NCBI GenBank assembly: GCA_946965045.2
Contig: OX337234.1
Span: forward strand, 2,604,001 to 2,668,000
Length of the DNA: 64,000 nucleotides
Direction: 5' to 3'
Source of the DNA: Epithemia pelagica
Taxonomy: Eukaryota > Protista > Bacillariophyta
In this document: in pieces, positions 34,534 to 44,269 of the stretch
Numbering within the stretch: position 1 is the first letter of the stretch
How the letters are laid out: the number at the start of each line of letters is the position of its first letter
The notes under the pieces: generated by a model
The model's input: only the letters and a program-made list of their open reading frames with translations
Database searches by the model: none
Told to the model about the DNA's origin: nothing
Position numbers and translations under genes: made by a program

Positions 34534-37500
34534 GTTTTTCTTCCTTTCTTCTTTCTTTCTTGTCTTTGCCTTTGCTTCCTTTGTCATGTCGTTATCCTTC
34601 GCTATTAATCCTACCCTTCGTGGATTAATCTCTCCCGATACGACCCAGTCGTTCCTTTCGTTCTCCCCTTCTGGTTTGTTCAAGCCTGTGGCATCCACCA
34701 CAACCTATCCAAATCAGTTCTCCGGCATGTCTCCTCTTCACCCTACCGATCTCCAAAACTCTAAAGACTTTATTTTCTTGTCCCCTGAAGAAAAATCCAA
34801 GGAAATCCAGAAGGAATTTTTGGCCAATCTTCTTTCCTTGAATTTTGGGCCAAATAATTCCTCTCCCGACGCTACCGTAGTCACTTCCCCTGCCAAGTAT
34901 ACCCTGGCTGCAGACTCACCTACTATTGCCGGCTTCCTAGCCGTTGTCCAGCTTGACTCGGCTCCCACCACCGATCCCAGCAAGCTTTCCTCCAAAATCC
35001 CACCCCCGTCCGGCCCTTACCTGGTTGTCCTCGGGCCCACGGCGTTTGCCTTCAACGGAAAAGGCTTGCAAGCACATGTATTTTCCGATACCCCCCAGAA
35101 AATCAGCTCCTCGCAGTTTCGTTTTCCTACAACGTTAATTGCCCCTGCGTTCGCTTTCCAATCGGGCATCCGTCCCCAATCCATTTCACAACTTAACCCC
35201 TACTCGTGGATTACTTCCCACCCCAGTTCCATTCTGGCCTCCCTCCGTGCTCACCGAGCCCTCTTTTCCACTGTTATCCTTGAACAGTCTACGTCACGCC
35301 TCCACTCGCCTGACGACCCGTGGCATTCTCTTTGGATCCCCTCCCAAGACTCCCCCCCACATGCCCATCAAATTTTCTCGCGCCTCCATCGCGTCGACGA
35401 ACCCATTCTCACAATTCAAGTTGAGAACACTTCTCCTATCGAGGGCTCCTGGATTGCTCTTTCCGCCCTTCCCCTTCCTCGTCATCATCATCTTCCTATT
35501 GGTCTCCTTTTCGATCCTGCCTCCATTCCTGACTCCGCCAGTTTAATTAACGCTATTCTTGGTTGGAATCAAACCTACAACCCGATGCCAGCCACTCGTT
35601 CTTCCCATCTCAAAGACTTGGCAACAACTCTCTCTTGGCTTGACGTCCCCTTTGTCAACGATTGGCTCCTCACCGTGAGTCAACGCGCCGACGACTTTGC
35701 TACCGTTTGGCACACTTCCAAGCAGATAGCAACCGACCTCACCACCCTCAAGAACGTCCCCATCTCTACCAACCTTCCCCGTTCTTATCCGGCTCGTATC
35801 CACCCTTATGAAGCCTTGTTTGTGCATCCTTTCTTCTCCCTTACAACCAAGCTTTTCTCCGATGCACTCCTCCAAAACAATCCGTCCCATACCATGCGAA
35901 CCAAATTCTTCACTTTCTTTCGGGAGAAAGCAAACATGCTATCCTCCCAAGACGTCGACCTGTTCCTCCCTCAAAACATCCCTCACGTGGACAACACCCA
36001 CACATACGTTCCTTTCCTCTTTCGCCCTCAAACACAGTCGTGGTCCACCTCCTACGGTTTCAAATCCTTTTCTTCCTTTGATGTCCAAAAATACCTTCCG
36101 GATTTTTTGAATCACCTCCCAAACGATCATCTCGCTCAACGCGTCATATCCACCCCACACGATCGGTCACCATCTTCGTCCCTCAACCCACCCCAACCCA
36201 ACACGGTTACCCGTTTGAATGTCGATTCCCCGGACAAACCCTCGCAAAAAAACCCTCCTTCCTCTCCCCAGACACCGGAAGTTCGACCATTCCCTCTGGA
36301 ACCTCCCGCAGAAAGCCTCCCTCGTCGTCCTACAGCCTTTCACCCTCCAACGGCTCGCATTCCCTCACCAGCAGCCCTGGACCCCTCGCCACGGTTTCCT
36401 GCCCCAGTCCCTGTCTCTCGTGCTCCTCTGCAACCCCAGCAGATGGAACCACAACAGCGTGCTCCTCCAACCCCTCAGCAGCTGGAACCACAGCAGCCGC
36501 CACCTCAACCCCATCAGAATCGTCTCCTCGTCGGTCCGGACCCACCGCCGTTTCCCACCCAACACCCCATTCAGCAACTTCCGCCTCGTCCTCCCTCGCG
36601 ACAGGAGCATTTCCTCCCCCCCCTTCCTCCCCCCCGCCTCCAGCGGTCTCCTTCCACGTCCACAGCCAATGCCTACTCCAACGCCTCTCCTCATGCACCC
36701 CACAACCCACCACGTCGACCCACTCATTATCACCCAGCCTCTCCAGCCATGGAGTCCTACCACTCCCAATCCTTCAACCCCTTGGCGCACCAACGTCAGG
36801 CCTGGGACGCACCCCTGGTTTCCACCACTACCTCACCCTGGTATCTCCCGGTTGACAACCCAACTTGGTTTACGAGCACACGGCTCAAATATGTGCATTC
36901 CACCTTGGCTTCCTCCGCGTATCTTCCCCTCATCCGACGCACCATGGAAGAGCGCGGTCAATTTACCTTTGACCGCTTTATTTTCCAAGACACCGACCAA
37001 CTCCCACCTCATGTAGTCCAATGGGCCTTCCTAGGCATCGTTGCTCTCCCTACTGATCTACGTTTGGTTGACCCCAACTTGCCCACAACCACGAGACGTC
37101 CCTCCTATTCCCACGAGCTTCTCCATACCCCCAGCCATCTCAACAACGATTGGCTGCGCCAAGTTCTGCCCTACGCAGGCGCTGATCATCGCAGCTCTGC
37201 CGCCGAGGTAGCGGCCATTGACCTCCTCGCCGCCGCCATTGAAGCTTCCAAATACCCGGTGGCTCCGTTCCGCGTCGATTTTTCTCAGTCTTTCCTTCAC
37301 GCAGAAGCCCCGCGTAAAGCACTGAGAACATTCCGTATCAACGCAGGTCAGACTCTTCATCTCGACGACCCTAAGTCATTATATCTATCCCTCACTCCTT
37401 GGCACTTCCTCTGGTCCATCCCCTTGTCCCCAGAGGGTCGCCTCCCGCAACAAGGTCTCTCCTGCACCCAGTTTAAGCTGTTCTTCCATCATATTGTGTT

Positions 37501-38554
37501 TTTCTTAAACACAGTACTCACCAACGACGACTCCTTTCCCCAATTCCCTCCAGGTTTTAGCCCCTTTCTTCTCCGCGGTCCCCTTGCCGGTCAATTGCTT
37601 TGGGCAGCTCATCAGTTTGATCAAGCTCAAACTCGAGATGCATGGTCGACATTGGCTTCCTCGCAACCCAGTCACACGCTACAACTGTCTCAGGCCCTTC
37701 TCCATCACACCTGTGACCTGTTTCAACAATTCCTCCGCTGGGGCGCCCAGAATCGTACCAAAATAGCTTGCCCCGCCACCGCAGACCCTGAAGGCTTTGT
37801 TCCCCAGTGCACTCTCATCTACGATGTGAGCCCGCACTCAACCGACTCAAATCTCACCTACTGTTTGGATTGGAGATCCACCTTTACCCTTTTATTTACG
37901 GCTCCTACAATACTCTCCCACCAACACACCAACTCCATGTCACCCTTGTTTTGCCGCTCCACCCCCAACTATCTCCTACCATCTCGTCCTGATCACCGGA
38001 GTGACTCTCGTTCTCCTCTTGAACGCTACGATCGTGCCCAACGGCGTCGCTCCCCCTCGGACCGTCCTCCTGACCGTGCTGCCGACCAACCACCGCCCAA
38101 GCGTGCTCGTTCTGACTCCGCTCAACCCCAACGTCGCCCTGGCCAAAAAGCTCTCGTCCCGCTTGTCACCCTCACTGCGGCAGGGAAAGAACGTTATACC
38201 CACTCAGGTAAGCTCCTTGCCGACCTCGCGTCTTCCCTCACCATTCCCCGTTTCGACCAAAAGCAATATTGCTTTATGTACATCGACAAAAACTCTGTTG
38301 TCGGGTGCACCGGTCCCCATCGTTCACGCACAAACTCGGAAGGTCAACCGTTGCAATGCAATCGACACCACGTCTGCCTTTCTCCCCAGGCTATCTCCAA
38401 CTGGCCCCAATCCTCCCTTAAACCGCTCTGGGAGTTCTGTCACCATGATCGCGTTCGACACCTTCTCCAACCTACACCGGAATTTGCAGCCCACATGGCT
38501 TCCGACCGTCCGAACCGTCCAAACGCCCCCCAACAACCCCCGCCCTCATCGTGA
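34454..38554 (+). CDS. ORF1 (gag-like, Pro-rich, C-terminal Cys/His cluster); start 34454, 34481 or 34727
   Basis: 1366-aa ORF; C-terminal CFMY...GCTG...CNRHHVC; position 5' of RT. Confidence 0.8.
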   Translation: MSRSLPTAAMELRVFGATQSLPSLLLVFFFLSSFFLVFAFASFVMSLSFAINPTLRGLISPDTTQSFLSFSPSGLFKPVASTTTYPNQFSGMSPLHPTDLQNSKDFIFLSPEEKSKEIQKEFLANLLSLNFGPNNSSPDATVVTSPAKYTLAADSPTIAGFLAVVQLDSAPTTDPSKLSSKIPPPSGPYLVVLGPTAFAFNGKGLQAHVFSDTPQKISSSQFRFPTTLIAPAFAFQSGIRPQSISQLNPYSWITSHPSSILASLRAHRALFSTVILEQSTSRLHSPDDPWHSLWIPSQDSPPHAHQIFSRLHRVDEPILTIQVENTSPIEGSWIALSALPLPRHHHLPIGLLFDPASIPDSASLINAILGWNQTYNPMPATRSSHLKDLATTLSWLDVPFVNDWLLTVSQRADDFATVWHTSKQIATDLTTLKNVPISTNLPRSYPARIHPYEALFVHPFFSLTTKLFSDALLQNNPSHTMRTKFFTFFREKANMLSSQDVDLFLPQNIPHVDNTHTYVPFLFRPQTQSWSTSYGFKSFSSFDVQKYLPDFLNHLPNDHLAQRVISTPHDRSPSSSLNPPQPNTVTRLNVDSPDKPSQKNPPSSPQTPEVRPFPLEPPAESLPRRPTAFHPPTARIPSPAALDPSPRFPAPVPVSRAPLQPQQMEPQQRAPPTPQQLEPQQPPPQPHQNRLLVGPDPPPFPTQHPIQQLPPRPPSRQEHFLPPLPPPRLQRSPSTSTANAYSNASPHAPHNPPRRPTHYHPASPAMESYHSQSFNPLAHQRQAWDAPLVSTTTSPWYLPVDNPTWFTSTRLKYVHSTLASSAYLPLIRRTMEERGQFTFDRFIFQDTDQLPPHVVQWAFLGIVALPTDLRLVDPNLPTTTRRPSYSHELLHTPSHLNNDWLRQVLPYAGADHRSSAAEVAAIDLLAAAIEASKYPVAPFRVDFSQSFLHAEAPRKALRTFRINAGQTLHLDDPKSLYLSLTPWHFLWSIPLSPEGRLPQQGLSCTQFKLFFHHIVFFLNTVLTNDDSFPQFPPGFSPFLLRGPLAGQLLWAAHQFDQAQTRDAWSTLASSQPSHTLQLSQALLHHTCDLFQQFLRWGAQNRTKIACPATADPEGFVPQCTLIYDVSPHSTDSNLTYCLDWRSTFTLLFTAPTILSHQHTNSMSPLFCRSTPNYLLPSRPDHRSDSRSPLERYDRAQRRRSPSDRPPDRAADQPPPKRARSDSAQPQRRPGQKALVPLVTLTAAGKERYTHSGKLLADLASSLTIPRFDQKQYCFMYIDKNSVVGCTGPHRSRTNSEGQPLQCNRHHVCLSPQAISNWPQSSLKPLWEFCHHDRVRHLLQPTPEFAAHMASDRPNRPNAPQQPPPSS

Positions 38555-38611
38555 CTACCGGCACATCATCGCCCAGGTTCGACTTGCGCCCGTTCGCCGT
38601 GGTCTGATGAA

Positions 38612-41464
38612 ATGCCTCCCACTTCACCAGAGACATTTTATCCCACCTCTACGGCAGATCTTCTCCTCTCCCTTCCCGCTCCCACTACTGAGGCTGTCCC
38701 TACTGTCCCCAAACTACCAGTATTTCCTTCTCACCCACGTGCTGCCCCCTCTCGGGTCTCCTATGCGTTGCCAACGTTGCACACGGTGTTAACCACCGTC
38801 AACCCCTTTTTGACCGACGCCGATCGCTCCCAACTCCTCCTTGCCTCTTCCTCCTTGGTGCCCAACTGGGGAATTCTTCCCCTGTTCCCTCTCTGGTCGT
38901 TCACACACCATCGCAAACGAATTGGTTTCGGTCCCGACCGTCTCAACGTCGGCACATCCCATGCTGCTCCTGACGGCACTCCCCTTGCGGCAACCGCACC
39001 ACATGTTGTTTCCCCTGAATTGCTCGGCCACTACGCATGGGATTTCTTGTCCCCACAGGACCAACAAAACCTAGTCGCCTCCTCGCCAAGCTTCCACTTC
39101 TATCATCGTCTCCGCGTTGCCGCTGCTCATGGCACCTCTCTCGCTGTCTGTCGCATGCCCCCCTGCGAAGACAAATCCCAACCCCTTCCATTCCGTAAGG
39201 CTTTTCTCCTTGCCGTTGCCCTTTGTCGCGCAAACTTCGTCTATGCGGACATGTACCGCTGGCTTGGTGGAATCTACAATAATCATCACAGACGCCTGGC
39301 GGACACCTTCGACATCATCGACCGCGTCAAAGCTTTTGAGCCCCCACCGGACTATCCACGGTTGGACTATGCCCGCACTTGGCAACTTTTTCACCTGGGC
39401 GCCCCTCTCGCAGGCCACTATTCCTGTAGTCGTGTTGCCGTTTCCCAACGCAACCTCCTTGACAACTACCCCGGGGTCCAAGAAAACTTAGAGGAAATCA
39501 CCAAAAAGTTCAAGAAAGAGGAACAGCTACAGTATCATCTTTTCCTTCCCCGCATTATCTGGCGGTTCCTCCCCGGTCTTTTCCTTTCACTCATTAACTG
39601 GGTAGCGCCCAAACCCCACCGCATCGGCGACACCGGCCGCTTGTGCATCGATCCAAGCTCCAAAATCACAGCCACTGATGACGGCAACACCAATGCCCAA
39701 ATTCCTGATGCTGGACGTGACGATGACTGTAACCCCGCGGTGGCTTACGGCACGGCTTTCCTACGCTTTTTGCGGTACATCTACAATCTGCGTATTGACC
39801 ACCCCTCGGAAGACATACTGCTCAGCGCCGATGATATCAGTGCTGCCTTCCGTCGGGTCACATACAACCCCAACGCTGCCTTAGCATTTGCAAGCGTCCT
39901 CGGCTGGTTCCTCCTCATACCCGTTGGAATGATTTTTGGCGCCAAAAACAGTCCTTCCTACTACATGCTACCGGGGGAGCTACGAGCCCATCTCTCTCGT
40001 TACCTTGCTGAGCTCACTTCCGCTCGTACTCTTTTGGCGGACACCATTGCTATCCCACCTCCTCCGTCCCCCCGCACCCTCAGAACCTTAACGCCCGCCA
40101 CTCCCGACGCTCTAAATCAAGGCACCTCCCACTTGTTAGCATCCCAACCGTCCTCCTTCCCTCGTCCGGTGTATGCTCCGTTCGTTGACGACACCGGTGG
40201 AGCGGCCATCCGCTCGGAGATCCACCGGTTAGTCAATAGCAGTATTCTCGCCGCATACGTCACCTTCGGCTTCCCCGACGAAGACCCCCATCGACCCGAT
40301 CCTATTAATCCAATAAAATTTGTGCGTGACATCAGTCACAGCCTGAAATTCCTGGGGTATATCATCAACACTCGAACTATGACAATTTCCTGGCCGTCCC
40401 ATAAACAGACACAACTACAGGTCTATCTTCAACACGCCCTCGACCTCCCCACCACGCACTCCGACGGGCGTCGGCTTTCACCGCAAATGGCGGCCACAAT
40501 TCTCGGCCTCGTCCGTCACAGCGCCCCAGTCTCACTCTTGGGCGTCTATTACACGTTGTCCCTCCAGTATGCACTCAACGACCGCCTCCGTGCCACCGCA
40601 GCAGCAGGCAAATCCACCCGTGCCGCCTCCTTTTGGCACAAAACCCGGTTCACCCTCAACCGAGAAACCGTTATGGACCTCCGAACGCTCTTGGCCACCC
40701 TCCATTCTTCTCGGACCCACATTTGGACCCGTCCCATTGCTTTATGCATCCCGCGGGTTTCGCAATTTGAAATTTTGGGCGACGCTTCCATTGAAGGGCT
40801 GGGAGGCTGGTTATCCACCCACTACCCCTTCATGTGGAGACTCACCAAACCCGACTTACTTCGCCTGGGCTTCATCCTACCAAAAGATATGCAGTCCACC
40901 AAATTATCCGATCCAACTCAAGACACGCCCGATGCACTGTGGCACATCAACTTGCTTGAATTCGTCGTCCTTCTCATAAACTTCTGGTTCTTGCAGCGAC
41001 TGGCTTCTCACGCTACACCGCAACCCCAAACCCTTGTCATCTCCATGCGCACCGACAACACGTCGGCGCTCTCGTGGCTCTCCCATGCCGCCCGTGCCAA
41101 GCGGCCCGCAACTCGTCGTCTTGCTCGTCTTTTTCAAGCCATGCTCACTTCTGCCCCTATTCCCGTTCAATTACAGGCCTCGCATATTGCAGGCGAGCTC
41201 AATCACAATGCCGACCTGTTGTCCCGCCCGTCCCTTGCGCCCACTTGGGCCTCCGTTATCGAGCAGTCCAAGCCAGTGCTGGACCCATCCACCGCCTACC
41301 GCGTGCCCTCCAAGTTGCTATCAATGATATTAACAAGCTTCAAATTCAACAGGACCGAGGACGAACTAGGAACAAGAATGATCGAACTTTGGACTCTCGA
41401 GGCGCTCACTTTTCCCGATGGTCCGCTCGCAATCACCTCACCCCCGAACTTTTATCTCGCCTGA
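38612..41464 (+). CDS. Reverse transcriptase + RNase H (DIRS/Ngaro type)
   Basis: RLCIDPS, DDISAAFRRV, GMIFGAKNSP, FVDD, KFLGYII; RNase H GDASIEGLGG, HINLLEF, TDNTSA, HIAGELNHNADLLSR; no DIRS methyltransferase domain follows. Confidence 0.93.
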   Translation: MPPTSPETFYPTSTADLLLSLPAPTTEAVPTVPKLPVFPSHPRAAPSRVSYALPTLHTVLTTVNPFLTDADRSQLLLASSSLVPNWGILPLFPLWSFTHHRKRIGFGPDRLNVGTSHAAPDGTPLAATAPHVVSPELLGHYAWDFLSPQDQQNLVASSPSFHFYHRLRVAAAHGTSLAVCRMPPCEDKSQPLPFRKAFLLAVALCRANFVYADMYRWLGGIYNNHHRRLADTFDIIDRVKAFEPPPDYPRLDYARTWQLFHLGAPLAGHYSCSRVAVSQRNLLDNYPGVQENLEEITKKFKKEEQLQYHLFLPRIIWRFLPGLFLSLINWVAPKPHRIGDTGRLCIDPSSKITATDDGNTNAQIPDAGRDDDCNPAVAYGTAFLRFLRYIYNLRIDHPSEDILLSADDISAAFRRVTYNPNAALAFASVLGWFLLIPVGMIFGAKNSPSYYMLPGELRAHLSRYLAELTSARTLLADTIAIPPPPSPRTLRTLTPATPDALNQGTSHLLASQPSSFPRPVYAPFVDDTGGAAIRSEIHRLVNSSILAAYVTFGFPDEDPHRPDPINPIKFVRDISHSLKFLGYIINTRTMTISWPSHKQTQLQVYLQHALDLPTTHSDGRRLSPQMAATILGLVRHSAPVSLLGVYYTLSLQYALNDRLRATAAAGKSTRAASFWHKTRFTLNRETVMDLRTLLATLHSSRTHIWTRPIALCIPRVSQFEILGDASIEGLGGWLSTHYPFMWRLTKPDLLRLGFILPKDMQSTKLSDPTQDTPDALWHINLLEFVVLLINFWFLQRLASHATPQPQTLVISMRTDNTSALSWLSHAARAKRPATRRLARLFQAMLTSAPIPVQLQASHIAGELNHNADLLSRPSLAPTWASVIEQSKPVLDPSTAYRVPSKLLSMILTSFKFNRTEDELGTRMIELWTLEALTFPDGPLAITSPPNFYLA

Positions 41465-42486
41465 CCGATAACGAATGCATACACATCCTACACCTTTACC
41501 TACATCACGTCACAAACGGCGAAAACTACTACAGGAGGTCCGACCTAGCAGCAGAAACCATTCAATCTTATGTAACGGCTGCCCATTCCGCACTTCAGGT
41601 TGCCCTCAACCGCCCTGTTAACATCTCCAACCCAACCAACTCAACCCTGCTGCACCCACTGCTATCCGACCCATTACAATTTCATCGTCGCTGGCAACGT
41701 CCACGCGATCGTAAGGAACCCATCACCGATGCCATCCTTAGCGTGCTCTATTGCCGTGCAGTCGGGGCCCCTCCTTCGTCACTTGACGCAACTCTCTTCG
41801 ACTGGGTCCGGCTTGGCCTCTTTACTGGCTCCCGTGCCAGTGAATTTGCCCAAACCTCTGGCTCAAAGTTTGTCTTCGCGGCCGTTCCCAATTGTCCTAA
41901 TGATCCATCCTGGAACGATCGACCTATTGCCTTTGTCTCCAGCGACTTCGTCTTCTTAACTCAAGCGAACGACATGCTTCCACTTGCTTCCCTCCCCAAA
42001 CACGAACACACCGTCTCGGCAGTCCAGATCCGCTTTCGGCATGACAAAAGCGCTCATAATTTCACGAAACGCATCTTCCGTCGTTCCGGCCACTCTTATC
42101 TCTGTCCCGTGCTCGCATCCTGTTCAATTGCCCGCCGCTCCCTCTCCCTCCAAATCGGAGCCCACCTGCCCCTCGCCTCCTATCAGGTCAAACCGGGAAA
42201 AATAGCCTACCTTAGGTCGGCCGATATCATCACAGCCCTCCGTCAAGCTTGCCTGGAGGCGTACCCAAACCCTCACAACTACCACCGGCGTCACGCCCAC
42301 TTGCTCGTCGCCCATTCTACACGCGTCACAGCCGCTGTAGCGTTGTGGAACGTTCAAGTTCCCCTCCCCCAAATTGCCTTCAGACTCCGATGGCAAGAAG
42401 ACTCGATCAAACACTACCTCCGTGACTGCTCGAAAGCAATTGGTCCTCATAGTCAAGCGGCCATTGCAGGCGTCCTAAATATTTAA
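41074..42486 (+). CDS. Tyrosine recombinase, overlapping the RT/RH 3' end in another frame; true start uncertain
   Basis: Catalytic R (GLFTGSRASEF), HxxR (HSTR), W...Y (RWQEDSIKHY). Confidence 0.93.
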   Translation: MALPCRPCQAARNSSSCSSFSSHAHFCPYSRSITGLAYCRRAQSQCRPVVPPVPCAHLGLRYRAVQASAGPIHRLPRALQVAINDINKLQIQQDRGRTRNKNDRTLDSRGAHFSRWSARNHLTPELLSRLTDNECIHILHLYLHHVTNGENYYRRSDLAAETIQSYVTAAHSALQVALNRPVNISNPTNSTLLHPLLSDPLQFHRRWQRPRDRKEPITDAILSVLYCRAVGAPPSSLDATLFDWVRLGLFTGSRASEFAQTSGSKFVFAAVPNCPNDPSWNDRPIAFVSSDFVFLTQANDMLPLASLPKHEHTVSAVQIRFRHDKSAHNFTKRIFRRSGHSYLCPVLASCSIARRSLSLQIGAHLPLASYQVKPGKIAYLRSADIITALRQACLEAYPNPHNYHRRHAHLLVAHSTRVTAAVALWNVQVPLPQIAFRLRWQEDSIKHYLRDCSKAIGPHSQAAIAGVLNI

Positions 42487-42554
42487 CTACCACTATTCAC
42501 ATCTAATGTATCTCACTATTCTGTTATGGTATCACTATTTCGTCCGCTCCAACC

Positions 42555-43151
42555 TTAAATCCTCGCTATGTTCTTGTCCGCTCGAGAATAACGCACGCCA
42601 TTGTCGGTCTCCACGTGGATACGTGCGTCTGTTACCTTCACCACCCGCCCAGTTGGGTCAGCGGGATCGTTTGGGTTTCGAATCCGAACCCGCTCACCAA
42701 CTTTGAAACGCTCCTCCGATCCACGGCTCGCCCGCCGACCCATAAATCCACCTTGTGTTCGTGGACTAGTACGTCCACGGGGACTCGGTCCACCCACCCC
42801 TTTGCTTGCCACTCGCCAGACCCATCTTCCTCCACGGGCCGTCGACCCTTCCTCTCGGCCCCGTGGTGTGCCCTCTCGCATTCCTTCTCTGCCCGTAGGG
42901 CCCACTCCATCGGGCTCCCACTCCCCCCCTCCTCCTCCGTTGGCCACAGCTGCGTTCGCTGCCGCCACCACATGAATCGCCTGCTCCACTCTCCTCTCCG
43001 CCAATTCCTTCAATTCGAGCAATCGATTAGAGATCTCCACTTGCCTCTCGGCCATCCGTCCCAACTCTCTCATAATCTCGGCCATTTGAGCCTGCCTATC
43101 CGCCATCTGATCCAGCTCGTCAATCAACTCGGCCATCTCCTCCATCTTCAC
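42555..43151 (-). CDS. Antisense accessory ORF B: N-terminal coiled coil, C-terminal KOW/SH3-like barrel
   Basis: Heptad-like MEEMAELIDELDQMADRQ...; RFKVGERVRIRNP...GRVVKVTDARIHVETDNG; 3 of 4 inter-copy changes in the barrel are synonymous on this strand. Confidence 0.6.
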   Translation of the reverse strand: MKMEEMAELIDELDQMADRQAQMAEIMRELGRMAERQVEISNRLLELKELAERRVEQAIHVVAAANAAVANGGGGGEWEPDGVGPTGREGMREGTPRGREEGSTARGGRWVWRVASKGVGGPSPRGRTSPRTQGGFMGRRASRGSEERFKVGERVRIRNPNDPADPTGRVVKVTDARIHVETDNGVRYSRADKNIARI

Positions 43152-44152
43152 TCACTGTCTGATTCCGACTTCGACGCGCGTCCCGAAGAATCGCCAGACA
43201 GGATAACCACTTCCGGTAAATGTTTCTTCCACGTCAACCGCTCGTCCTCTGTTGCCGTGTTCTCCCTCGTCGCCGTATTCTCCCTCGTCGGAGTTTCCTT
43301 AATCGATTTCTCCCTTGTGGGAGTTTCCTTTATCGACCCCAGGCCTTTCTCCTTGGGCGAAACACTCGCGCTCCTCTTCACAGGGGCACTGCTCTTGCGC
43401 TGCTTTTTGGGTAGGGTACTGAAACCCGGTTGGCCCAACCACTCTTCCAACGAACGCTTCTCGTGCTTCGAAAACGCTTCACCAGTTCCTCTCCCTTCGG
43501 ACCTCTTTTTACCCGCCTCGGGTTTCTTATTTTTTCGGTCGGATGCTGCAGCATCCGTCGCGGCTCTCCCTCCGGGAACTGGCACAGGCAATCCACGGCG
43601 GGCAGAGTTCTGCGCGAACAACTCACGAACAACGGCCACTTTTCGTTCCACAACCTCCTCTGCAGAAGGCCTCTCCCGTCCGCCAGCCAAGGCCAATCCA
43701 CAAATCTGGTGGAAAACGACTTCTTGGTCTTCCGGGTGCGGAAACAACAGCTCTAGAGCCACCACGACCTTCTTGTTGCTTGGAGATGCTCTTCGAAACA
43801 CCGTTTCCACGAAGTCTTCCCCGTCCCCTCCTTCCTCCGCAAAAGTCTCACACACACGGGTCACCAGTCGATCGATCTCCGCTTGATGGTCGCCCACCAA
43901 CTCGCGCACGTTTTTCTGCGTCTGAATCACCGACGCCTCTTTGGATGCAAGTATTCCGCCATGCACGTCTTCCAAATGTTGACGCTCCTGGGCGTGCAAC
44001 ACGCGAGTCTTATCCAGCTCTGTTTCCGCGATATCCACTCCTCCTAAAGCGCAGTGTAATTCTTTGCGTTGTGCCTCGACAACTGTTTTTAAACGATCCA
44101 GTTGTTCAGCAGTTGTTTCGCTTTCTTCTGTTCTCCGAGCTGCAGAACTCAT
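43148..44152 (-). CDS. Antisense accessory ORF A: charged coiled-coil protein of unknown function
   Basis: 334-aa ORF conserved in copy 1; KETPTRE/NTATRE repeats; stop overlaps the start of ORF B. Confidence 0.55.
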   Translation of the reverse strand: MSSAARRTEESETTAEQLDRLKTVVEAQRKELHCALGGVDIAETELDKTRVLHAQERQHLEDVHGGILASKEASVIQTQKNVRELVGDHQAEIDRLVTRVCETFAEEGGDGEDFVETVFRRASPSNKKVVVALELLFPHPEDQEVVFHQICGLALAGGRERPSAEEVVERKVAVVRELFAQNSARRGLPVPVPGGRAATDAAASDRKNKKPEAGKKRSEGRGTGEAFSKHEKRSLEEWLGQPGFSTLPKKQRKSSAPVKRSASVSPKEKGLGSIKETPTREKSIKETPTRENTATRENTATEDERLTWKKHLPEVVILSGDSSGRASKSESDSE

Positions 44153-44269
44153 CTCACCTCTTCCGCAACCGTATCTTTGTGCCCATGTCCTACGCCCTCC
44201 AATTGTCCTATCGGCTACTCCCTCACACTCCGCAGTCAGCTGTGGTGGCTAGTCAAGGCAAAGACATGT

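Noticed and set aside
38001-38792. 263-aa ORF bridging ORF1 and RT in another frame as a frameshift route
   Set aside because: No slippery heptamer or domain motif seen, and it ends without joining the RT frame; kept only as a weaker alternative to readthrough.
42615-43886. 423-aa plus-strand ORF (and 20707-21552 in copy 1)
   Set aside because: Ser/Leu/Pro-rich antisense shadow of the minus-strand accessory ORFs; inter-copy synonymous changes favour the minus frame.
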